Below, piece by piece: positions 21,346 through 28,809 of a DNA stretch of 64,000 nucleotides. Made by a program: the position numbers and the translations under genes. Source of the DNA: Puniceicoccales bacterium (lineage in GTDB: Bacteria > Verrucomicrobiota > Verrucomicrobiia > Opitutales > JAIRKQ01); the NCBI GenBank assembly GCA_031269795.1, contig JAISYR010000004.1, positions 2,458 to 66,457 of the forward strand. Reading direction: 5' to 3'. How positions within the stretch are numbered: the first letter of the stretch is position 1; every line of letters begins with the position of its first letter. The notes under the pieces are model-generated. The model saw only the letters and a program-made list of their open reading frames with translations. It was not told the origin of the DNA and did not search any database.

Positions 21346-22314
21346 ATGGGTGATAGAAAAATATCAGCATTATTATTTAAATATTCCGCCTACAATGTCG
21401 TTGGTCACATAAGGCCCGATGGGGATTGTGTGGGAAGCCAGCTTGCTATTTTTAATATTCTGAAGGCGAAAAATATTCAATGCAACATCATAAAAAATGA
21501 CGATTACGGGTCTATTTTATCTTCATTTATGGATAGCTATGCCGTTGTGGATGATGGGCAATTCGATTCCACGTTGCCTCTAATTTGTGTGGATTGTTCC
21601 GATTTTAAGCGGGCGGGGGCGAATATTTATAAAAAATATAACAAACCCTACTTGAACATCGATCACCACATCTCCAATGATACATTTGCCGACCATAATA
21701 TCATCGATGCCAATGCTTCATCCACTGCCCAAGTCATAGGCGAGGCTTTGCTGCGCGAAAATATCGACTTTGATAAAAAAACTGCCGAAGTTCTATATCT
21801 TGGTATCATGACCGATTCCAATCGCTTTGCCTATGATACGACGACGCTTGCTACGATTAGGGTTGTAGAAGCTTTGATGGCTAAAGGAATCCGTATTTCA
21901 GAAATTTTTCAAAAAGTATACGAACACGATACCCTTCGAAAGTACTTACTTTTGGAAAGATTTTTGCACAATGTGACCGTTTTTGAAGATGGTCATTGTT
22001 GCACATCATTTATCACCGAGGATGACTTCGTGGAAACACAGGCAGAACTCCTTGACACGGAAGGTTTTGTAAATTACACACGGCAAATTGATGGAGTTAA
22101 AGTTGGAGCGTTTTTGGAATTCCACGAAACCTACGTAAAATGCAGTTTACGTTCAAAAGATGCAACTTGGCGCATGGACCTTTTGGCTAAAAAATTTGGT
22201 GGGGGTGGCCATCCGGCAGCGGCAGGATTTAATATCGAATTAAAGGACATGGACTTCTATGCAAAGTTTAAGTCGACACTTGCCGAACATGTGAGAAATA
22301 TTCTTAAAAATTGA
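21346..22314 (+). CDS. DHH/DHHA1 family phosphoesterase (NrnA-like oligoribonuclease/pAp phosphatase)
   Basis: Motifs HIRPDGDCVGS, NIDHHISN and GGGGHPAAAGF. Conserved position between rbfA and truB. Confidence 0.88.
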   Translation: MGDRKISALLFKYSAYNVVGHIRPDGDCVGSQLAIFNILKAKNIQCNIIKNDDYGSILSSFMDSYAVVDDGQFDSTLPLICVDCSDFKRAGANIYKKYNKPYLNIDHHISNDTFADHNIIDANASSTAQVIGEALLRENIDFDKKTAEVLYLGIMTDSNRFAYDTTTLATIRVVEALMAKGIRISEIFQKVYEHDTLRKYLLLERFLHNVTVFEDGHCCTSFITEDDFVETQAELLDTEGFVNYTRQIDGVKVGAFLEFHETYVKCSLRSKDATWRMDLLAKKFGGGGHPAAAGFNIELKDMDFYAKFKSTLAEHVRNILKN

Positions 22315-22318
22315 AATC

Positions 22319-23041
22319 GTGAATACTAGCAATCTAGATGGAGTTCTTTTGGTGAATAAACCTCGAGGGATAACTTCCCATGATGTCATCGCCAGGTTGA
22401 GACACCTTCTTGGGATAAAAAAAATAGGGCACGTGGGGACCCTTGATCCAATGGCGACCGGGTTATTAATAATTCTCGTCGGCCGTACAACGAAAATTTC
22501 CCAATACTTGGTGGACCTATCTAAAGGTTACGAAGGTACGATGAAATTGGGGATATCAACGGATTCCCATGACATGGAAGGTAGAATCTTGGAAAATCAT
22601 GATGTGAAAGGCATTTCCCTGGAAGGTTTGAAAATTCTTGCAGGTGAATTTCTTGGGGATCAATGTCAAATTCCTCCCATGTTTTCCGCTAAAAAAGTGA
22701 ATGGCCAAAAATTGTATGAGCTTGCAAGAAAAGGGAAAACCATCGATCGGGAACCTCAATTTATACATATCAGTGCCTTCGAAATTGATGAGCTACGGGA
22801 TGACGAAGTTGATTTTTTTGTGCACTGTAGCAAAGGTACCTATGTGCGTACGCTCGTCAATGATTTTGGCGAACGTTTAAAATGTGGAGCGTATCTAAGC
22901 CAACTTTGTAGAACCACCATAGGAGATTTTTCAATCAATGATGCGCTGACCCTGGAAGAGATTAGTCAGACACCAATTTTTGAGCTTTCAAAACGATTAA
23001 TTCCTGCCTATGATGTTGTCCCTTCGCAAGTTATACGGTAA
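22319..23041 (+). CDS. truB: tRNA pseudouridine(55) synthase
   Basis: KPRGITSHDV and the catalytic Asp motif GHVGTLDPMATGLL. GTG start. Confidence 0.93.
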   Translation: MNTSNLDGVLLVNKPRGITSHDVIARLRHLLGIKKIGHVGTLDPMATGLLIILVGRTTKISQYLVDLSKGYEGTMKLGISTDSHDMEGRILENHDVKGISLEGLKILAGEFLGDQCQIPPMFSAKKVNGQKLYELARKGKTIDREPQFIHISAFEIDELRDDEVDFFVHCSKGTYVRTLVNDFGERLKCGAYLSQLCRTTIGDFSINDALTLEEISQTPIFELSKRLIPAYDVVPSQVIR

Positions 23042-23077
23042 CAGAAATGTGACAAAGACAAAAGAAAATTTAAAAAT

Positions 23078-23656
23078 ATGGTAGAAGTGCTAAGGACATT
23101 CCTCGACGATGTTGTTTACGATTTTTCCGGGAAACCGTTGTTTATGACTGTGGGAACGTTTGATGGCGTGCACATTGGGCACAAAAGACTAATTTCTTCC
23201 ATCATTGAACAGGCCAGGAACAACGATGGTGTTGCCATTGTCTATACTTTCCTTCCATACCCCACGACGGTCCTTACAACGGCCAAGCCAAAACCCATGA
23301 TTTACGGCATTGAAAAAAAGTATGAAATTTTAGGAAGTTATGCCTTGGACGGCATATTTGAACAAAAATTCGATGGTCAATTTTCCCAAATTTCACCCTA
23401 CAATTTTGTGACATTTTTAAAGCGAAAATTTCCTACCCTCTCTGGTATTTCCATCGGAGAAGATTTTAAATTCGGCCATAATCAAGCTGGGGACGCTAAA
23501 ATTTTGAAAGGCTATGCGAAGCACTTTGGAATTGAAGTCACGGTCATGCCACTATTAATGCTGAAAGGAAAGCGCGTCAGCAGTTCCCACATCCGGGAGT
23601 TATTAGAAGTTGGCCATGTGGACCTGGCTAGTTTAATGCTCGACAGAAAATTATAA
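23078..23656 (+). CDS. ribF: FMN adenylyltransferase (RibF N-terminal domain only; riboflavin kinase domain absent)
   Basis: GTFDGVHIGH and SSSHIRELL motifs of the FAD synthetase domain. The ORF stops at 192 aa, about where the kinase domain normally begins. Confidence 0.85.
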   Translation: MVEVLRTFLDDVVYDFSGKPLFMTVGTFDGVHIGHKRLISSIIEQARNNDGVAIVYTFLPYPTTVLTTAKPKPMIYGIEKKYEILGSYALDGIFEQKFDGQFSQISPYNFVTFLKRKFPTLSGISIGEDFKFGHNQAGDAKILKGYAKHFGIEVTVMPLLMLKGKRVSSSHIRELLEVGHVDLASLMLDRKL

Positions 23657-23695
23657 ATTGCTTGCAATTATTCCCAAAAACTTTTCCTTTCCTCT

Positions 23696-23796
23696 AAGGT
23701 CGGGTCTCTTGCAAGAAGGGCCAGCGAACCCCGCCAGGTCTGGAAGGAAGCAACGGTAGCTAGGACATCTTCGTGTGCGTGAGCGCCTGATCCCTT
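23696..23796 (+). ncRNA. ffs: signal recognition particle RNA (small 4.5S type)
   Basis: Conserved domain IV sequence CCAGGTCTGGAAGGAAGCAACGG (compare E. coli 4.5S CCAGGUCAGGUCCGGAAGGAAGCAGCC). The 5' AAGGTCGGG and 3' CCTGATCCCTT ends can pair. Ends are approximate (+/-5 nt). Confidence 0.85.
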
Positions 23797-23810
23797 CCGA
23801 AGAAGTTTCA

Positions 23811-23848
23811 TTCCAAAAGAAAAAAGGAAACAGCCTTTTGGAAGTTTT
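23811..23848 (+). terminator. hairpin plus T-run downstream of SRP RNA
   Basis: ttccaaaag (23811-23819) pairs with cttttggaa (23835-23843) and is followed by GTTTT. It lies between convergent ffs and the CofE-like gene. Confidence 0.5.
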
Positions 23849-23869
23849 CCGAATTTGTTGCCAATTCGT

Positions 23870-24565
23870 CTAATTCAGGATATCCCCAAACATGTCGTCT
23901 TCTTTCGCCAGTTGTGCGTTGGCCATGGAAAATTTGTCCCCGAATTCGACATTTTCCGCCCCACGGATGATTACGAAAGGAGAACTCTCATTACCTTCCC
24001 CCATCAGGTAACATGCTGTCGATGCCAGTGAATCTGCTATGTTTACCGATGTCATTTCCAATCTGCGTCCGAAAAGGTCAACCTTTCCCCTGTAATCCTT
24101 GATCGGATTGAACCCGAAAATATCCTGGGCAACCCCGACTGTTCCCCGGCGAAAAGGCTCAATTTTGCTATCGATGGACATGAGTCCCAAATTTTTTATG
24201 GTGAATTTTTTGCATAGATGTCTATGAATTTCGGCCAGTAATTCGGTAACATTTTGCGGCCACAAAACATAGTATCCATTCCCATTGCTTTCGTCGATTC
24301 CTGAAAAAGGAATCACAATGCCATCCTTTAGGGTGAGTGAACAATTTTCCTCCCAGGTCCAATCGGCTTCACGGCGGATCAATTGTTTTTTATCGACCGT
24401 TCCAATTCTAACACATCTACCCTGGTGTATCGCCAGGCACTTTGTCGCTATGCACAATACGTCCGACTCTTCCAATGAAAAGCCCTCCGAATTAAAAAGA
24501 GGAAAAATATTGTTAACCGGAGGGCAAAGTATGGAAGTTTTTACTGCTAAAAATCTCAACGACAT
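23870..24565 (-). CDS. CofE-like (F420-0:gamma-glutamyl ligase family) protein, probable non-canonical folylpolyglutamate synthase
   Basis: 231 aa. DSKIEPFRRGTVGVAQDIFGFNPIKDYRGKVDLFGRRLEMTSVNIADSLASTACYLMGEGNESSPFVIIRG matches the CofE core. As I recall, chlamydial CT611 (FolC2) belongs to this family. Confidence 0.8.
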   Translation of the reverse strand: MSLRFLAVKTSILCPPVNNIFPLFNSEGFSLEESDVLCIATKCLAIHQGRCVRIGTVDKKQLIRREADWTWEENCSLTLKDGIVIPFSGIDESNGNGYYVLWPQNVTELLAEIHRHLCKKFTIKNLGLMSIDSKIEPFRRGTVGVAQDIFGFNPIKDYRGKVDLFGRRLEMTSVNIADSLASTACYLMGEGNESSPFVIIRGAENVEFGDKFSMANAQLAKEDDMFGDILN

Positions 24566-24569
24566 GCGA

Positions 24570-25199
24570 TTAATTTTGTCCGAAAAATTCTTTTAAACCG
24601 TCCCGGCTAGGTTTCATAGATTTTTGACCGCTATGCCAATTGGCCGGGCAAACTTCCCCAAATTTTTCAAAATGCTGGAGGGCATCAACCACCCTTAGTG
24701 CTTCATCAACGCTGCGGCCAAGTGGCATGTTGTTAATTACGCAGTGTTGTATAATGCCACTTTTATCTATTAAAAACAGTCCCCTGTAGGCAACGAGCTC
24801 TCCGATAACTTTTGTGGTTCCGTCGTTGCCATCTTCATAGCCGGCCAAAACACCGTATTCATCGGCAATGGTCTTATTTATATCGGAAACAATTGGAAAA
24901 GTAATGCCCTGAATTCCTCCCCGTTCGCGGGGAATTTCGAGCCACGCGAGGTGTGAAAATTCCGAATCCGTTGAACATCCTATCAATGCCACGTTCCTTT
25001 TTTCAAATTCTTGCATCTTTTCCTGAAATGCCCAAATTTCGGTGGGGCAAACAAATGTAAAATCTTTGGGATAGAAAAATAAAACGACATACTTTTTGCC
25101 AAAAAACTGTTCCAGTGAGAAACCTGGTGCAATATTACAGCCATTAGTCACTGCCGTTGCTGAAAATTTCGGAGCTTTATTCCCTACTAAAGTTTGCAT
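24570..25199 (-). CDS. ahpC: 2-Cys peroxiredoxin (AhpC/Prx family)
   Basis: Peroxidatic Cys motif FTFVCPTEI and resolving Cys (EVCPANW). The ATG at 25199 has an AAGGA RBS and gives the typical MQTLVGNKAPKF N-terminus. The track ORF extends to 25268. Confidence 0.92.
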   Translation of the reverse strand: MQTLVGNKAPKFSATAVTNGCNIAPGFSLEQFFGKKYVVLFFYPKDFTFVCPTEIWAFQEKMQEFEKRNVALIGCSTDSEFSHLAWLEIPRERGGIQGITFPIVSDINKTIADEYGVLAGYEDGNDGTTKVIGELVAYRGLFLIDKSGIIQHCVINNMPLGRSVDEALRVVDALQHFEKFGEVCPANWHSGQKSMKPSRDGLKEFFGQN

Positions 25200-25316
25200 A
25201 GGGTCCTTATACACCCCAAGTTTATTTCTGTAAAGATAAAAATCTGGAAAAAAGTTCTTTACTTGCATGACATATTTTTAATCGTAGGCCGCAGCTAGAT
25301 AATTTGTCGATTCAAT

Positions 25317-25418
25317 ATGGGAAATCTGAAGAAAAAGCGTCGTCTTAAGATGAACAAACACAAGCGGAGTAAACGCTCAAAGGCCAATAGGCACAAGAAG
25401 AGGCTTTGGGGGAATTAA
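25317..25418 (+). CDS. 33-aa highly basic micro-protein, bS22 / AURKAIP1-COX24-like
   Basis: Absent from the ORF track, which lists nothing under 60 aa. ATG..TAA encodes [33 protein letters not shown]. The pattern MGxxxKKRRxxMxKHK...R..KR resembles the mycobacterial bS22 family as I recall it. No obvious SD. Confidence 0.55.
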   Translation: MGNLKKKRRLKMNKHKRSKRSKANRHKKRLWGN

Positions 25419-25766
25419 GTCGCTGTCGTAGGCAGCAAGTGGTAGCCTTACCAATTTTAGAAGTTTAAAGAATTTGGGGTCATTTCGCCTAGCAAAAGCA
25501 TCCAAATAGATAATAGTTAAATGAAGCGGCTATATTTCTTAGCTCAAAGGTGAAGATAAAATTAACATCGGAATAACGTCCATCGATTTGGTTAGTACGC
25601 CCATTGGCGTTTGAAGGGTTGGAGGTGAAGATATTAAAGTTGGCATTGATGACATCCCCTGGTATTTGGAGAGGTTGGAGGTGAAGCACATCCGCTGCGG
25701 CATACTGGAAGGGCGTGGGGGTTGCCGTGGTGGTATTTTATGGCTTGGCGGTGCCCCTTGCGTTGT

Positions 25767-26213
25767 TCAATGCACTTGTCTTTGCGCTACACCATTTTTG
25801 ATGAAATCTTTTAGTTTCTGACTATAGTTTCCTTCTTCCACAAACTGCAGCAACCGTTGGCAGGTTTCCTTACTGATATTTGCAGGCATAATATCTTCGA
25901 AGGATATTTGAGGATCCGTGCATTCCAATGCCCTATCCTGAATAAATTTTAGGACCGTGTTGATGGTATCTTTATTTTTCTCTATGGTCTCTTCAGAATA
26001 CAGTAATTCTGAAAGGTCAACTCCTTCGCATAGCAGCTGCACTTGTTTGTCGGTAAGGGACTCACTGCCTTCCATTGCCTTTTTCATTGTTTGCAAGGCA
26101 GCTAATGTCAAAAATTTGGTTTTATCATCGCTACTTCCTGGGAAATTGATAAATTTTGGGAATAAATTCTGCCAAAAAATCTCACTTGTTTTTTCATCTT
26201 TAACGCTGCCCAC
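25767..26213 (-). CDS. hypothetical acidic protein (148 aa); may be the C-terminal part of a frameshifted larger gene
   Basis: GTG start. It overlaps the upstream ORF by 106 nt in a different frame. Its frame opens only 8 codons upstream of the GTG. Confidence 0.5.
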   Translation of the reverse strand: MGSVKDEKTSEIFWQNLFPKFINFPGSSDDKTKFLTLAALQTMKKAMEGSESLTDKQVQLLCEGVDLSELLYSEETIEKNKDTINTVLKFIQDRALECTDPQISFEDIMPANISKETCQRLLQFVEEGNYSQKLKDFIKNGVAQRQVH

Positions 26214-27244
26214 ATTAATCTTGGATTTTCCAATAGAAATTTACTCCCTTTTTGTACGAAATTTTTCGACACATCAAAATCATCATTTCTTCCTTGACAT
26301 TCTTTATATTCTGTCCATACTTCGTCTCTTATGCTTTTTAGATTATCCACCAAGGTTTCGAAGCTTTCAACTTGTTTGTTTTGATTTTCGCCGAAACACT
26401 GCAAAATTTCGGTGAAATTACCATGCATTTTATCAACCACATCAAAACTTGAACTACATGTACCCTCTAGCGATTCATCTAATTGATTTTCCCTGATTTC
26501 AGATAAACATTGCAAATATTGATTTTTTTCATCTTGGGTGCTAGCGGTAATAGCAAAATATATTGCTTTTTCTGCTAAAGTAGGCAACAGGTCGCTTACT
26601 TTGTTAAGTGTAGGTGTTAATAGCGACTGTTCAATACAAAATTTGTAAATGGTAAAATATATTTTATATTTTTCAGTGGAATTTTTTACATTAATTTCAT
26701 CTCTTGACATCTCAGTATGTGCTTCCTCCAAGCACGGGAGGAACAATTTATTGATGAGAAAATCTTTTCGTGCTTCTGGAGCTGTGAAAAGTAAGTTATG
26801 GACCACGTGAAGAACTTGGGGAAGCTCACTGCTGTCGCAGCCTTTTACGGCGGCTGCCAGGTCGTTTAGGAAGTCTTCTTGCCTAAAAAAAAGCCCTTTG
26901 TGCTCAGCCGCTGCAGTCTGGGCTGTAAACTGTTTCACAGCCACCTCATACTCCGGTCCACCAAATTTACTGCACAGCCATAGTATAATTTTTCTAAGGG
27001 AGCCGGGCTCAAACTTGCCATCCGCTAAATTTTGAACAAAAGTTTCCATCTCTCGTCTATCCGTATTAAGACTAGCACAAGCGCGTTCAGATAGGCTCTT
27101 ACCTTTTAACGCCTGTTGGTCGTCGCTTAAGTCCCGCTGTGGGTTCAATGCCTCTCCTTGATTAATTGTACGCCCCTCGGAGGGAACGAGTGGCAGTTGC
27201 TCCGCTGGTAAAGTTAAAGTACTTACTTGCTGCGAACTTTTCAT
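26108..27244 (-). CDS. hypothetical protein (378 aa), no recognised domain
   Basis: Long ORF in an operon-like array with the 27277-28785 gene and glgP. Low-complexity, signal-peptide-less N-terminus. The last ~35 codons look like out-of-frame read-through. Confidence 0.6.
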   Translation of the reverse strand: MKSSQQVSTLTLPAEQLPLVPSEGRTINQGEALNPQRDLSDDQQALKGKSLSERACASLNTDRREMETFVQNLADGKFEPGSLRKIILWLCSKFGGPEYEVAVKQFTAQTAAAEHKGLFFRQEDFLNDLAAAVKGCDSSELPQVLHVVHNLLFTAPEARKDFLINKLFLPCLEEAHTEMSRDEINVKNSTEKYKIYFTIYKFCIEQSLLTPTLNKVSDLLPTLAEKAIYFAITASTQDEKNQYLQCLSEIRENQLDESLEGTCSSSFDVVDKMHGNFTEILQCFGENQNKQVESFETLVDNLKSIRDEVWTEYKECQGRNDDFDVSKNFVQKGSKFLLENPRLMWAALKMKKQVRFFGRIYSQNLSISQEVAMIKPNF

Positions 27245-27276
27245 CCTGAAAATAAGTAAAAAAATTGACAGGATAG

Positions 27277-28785
27277 CTATTGGTCGAATAAGCTATCGAT
27301 GGATTTTACATATCGATTGCCGGATGTATCTGCGAATACGATGTGATCTCCGTTTGCCTCTGAAATAAAGACCGTAGAATCATCCGCTATCGGACTTTTG
27401 CCATCAATGATTCTATCATCAACTTTTATTTTGCACGAATTTTTATCACACATCACTTCCGATACCCTATGGCTGTGGAAAAAGCTATCCACGGCCTTTT
27501 GAAGGTCAGTGTAGCCACTCGACCGGCCTGGCGAAGCTTTCGCAAGGGCGCGGTTTTTCTTCGACCCCTTACGTTTTGAAGCGACGTTTTCATTTTCGTA
27601 GCCATGCAAAGCATAGCGTTTTTGCTTTAGGAGGTCTTTTTCGTGTTTTACCGCAAGGGCCGCCCGAGTATACTCTATCTTCGATACTTGGCTATCATAG
27701 GTTCTTAACCCAACGAATGCTACAAGCGTAAAGGCTAAGGGTAATACCACTGCAGGCTTTTGCAAGACCCCCAGGGCATTACCGCATGAAAACTGGGCCT
27801 TTAGCGATGCACGAACATTTGAAATTGAAGATTGTAAGCTCGTGACATAGCCGGTGTAGGCCGTCCTGAGCGCATTGGTAGACTTTTTCAGGAAAGCATG
27901 GAGGGACGTGAATGGATAAGTAATGGTTTTTACCGCAGCGTTGATAAATTTTGTGACGGATTGGAGTAGCGTGCGGATAGATTCTAAAATTGAATCATAT
28001 GCTTTGCGGATAATATTTTTTATGGATAAGCATAGGAATAAAACTCTTTTGCATGCCATTTGACTGGCAAAAACAGAAGCAATTACCGAAAACTCTAGGG
28101 CATTGGTCAGCTTTTGGTTCCCGGATTTGATAAGATTTCGAGATTTTGTCAAACAGGATCGCACAACACTGCTCCCTTTTGTTATCAGTAAGCATGCCCA
28201 GTCAACCGTGCGCATGACACCAACCTTCGTCACTTGCAAAGAAACAGCGAAGGCAAATTTTAACAAATAGGCAGTTTGGGAAATGGCTTTTGGGAATTGT
28301 CTGCGGAAGTTTGATATTGCCGATGCCAGTGACGTTTTGACATGTTTGAATTTTTCAACGAACTTTCCAGCTTTTCCCTTGGCAGCCCTATGCATTTGGG
28401 CGATTTTGGCAACCAGTGGAGTGGTAACCTTCGCCGCAGTTTGGGAAATAACTTTTGGGAATTGTCTGCGAAAGTTTGATATTGCCGATGCCAGTGACGT
28501 TTTGGCGTGTTTGAATTTTTCAACGAATTTTCCAGCTTTTCCCTTGGCAGCCCTATGCATTTGGGCGATTTTGGTAACCAGCGAAGTGGTAACCTTCATC
28601 ACATATTTAGATATTGCCTTCGAAACTTCGATTATCTTCGAAAATTTAGTCGCCAAGGCATTCTTAGTAAAATTTTTAGTTGCCGTTAAAAATCTTCGCA
28701 TCTTCTTTGGTAAATTTCTATGAAAGTTGAATTGGGCATTTTGTAAATATCTGTCTTTTTTTGAGAAATTTTTCATATCGATCAA
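27277..28785 (-). CDS. hypothetical membrane protein with tandem 55-aa basic repeats
   Basis: 502 aa. N-terminal half lysine-rich and helical, with two near-identical 55-aa units. One hydrophobic segment (PAVVLPLAFTLVAFVGL). A C-terminal ~120-aa domain of unknown type. The start is 24 nt downstream of the glgP stop. Confidence 0.65.
   Translation of the reverse strand: MIDMKNFSKKDRYLQNAQFNFHRNLPKKMRRFLTATKNFTKNALATKFSKIIEVSKAISKYVMKVTTSLVTKIAQMHRAAKGKAGKFVEKFKHAKTSLASAISNFRRQFPKVISQTAAKVTTPLVAKIAQMHRAAKGKAGKFVEKFKHVKTSLASAISNFRRQFPKAISQTAYLLKFAFAVSLQVTKVGVMRTVDWACLLITKGSSVVRSCLTKSRNLIKSGNQKLTNALEFSVIASVFASQMACKRVLFLCLSIKNIIRKAYDSILESIRTLLQSVTKFINAAVKTITYPFTSLHAFLKKSTNALRTAYTGYVTSLQSSISNVRASLKAQFSCGNALGVLQKPAVVLPLAFTLVAFVGLRTYDSQVSKIEYTRAALAVKHEKDLLKQKRYALHGYENENVASKRKGSKKNRALAKASPGRSSGYTDLQKAVDSFFHSHRVSEVMCDKNSCKIKVDDRIIDGKSPIADDSTVFISEANGDHIVFADTSGNRYVKSIDSLFDQ
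28271..28597. repeat. 2 x 165-bp in-frame tandem duplication
   Basis: tgggaattgtctgcg... recurs at 28291 and 28456 (period 165 bp) with only a few substitutions. It encodes KVTT(S/P)LV(T/A)KIAQMHRAAKGKAGKFVEKFKH(A/V)KTSLASAISNFRRQFPK. Confidence 0.92.
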
Positions 28786-28809
28786 TGGTGAGGTTATTTT
28801 ATGGATAAA

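Noticed and set aside
25489-25689. 66-aa minus-strand ORF in the gap after the bS22-like micro-ORF. Possible remnant of a Pmp-like (FxxN) surface protein.
   Set aside because: A single FxxN-type tetrapeptide is far too weak as evidence, and there is no RBS or start context. It is kept only as a note inside the non-coding-gap finding.
28271-28597. Tandem repeats here, at 11053-11124 and at 59738-59788, were considered as possible CRISPR or non-coding satellite arrays.
   Set aside because: All are in frame within long ORFs and have no unique spacers. Their periods are multiples of three (165, 24 and 21 bp), so they are coding tandem repeats.
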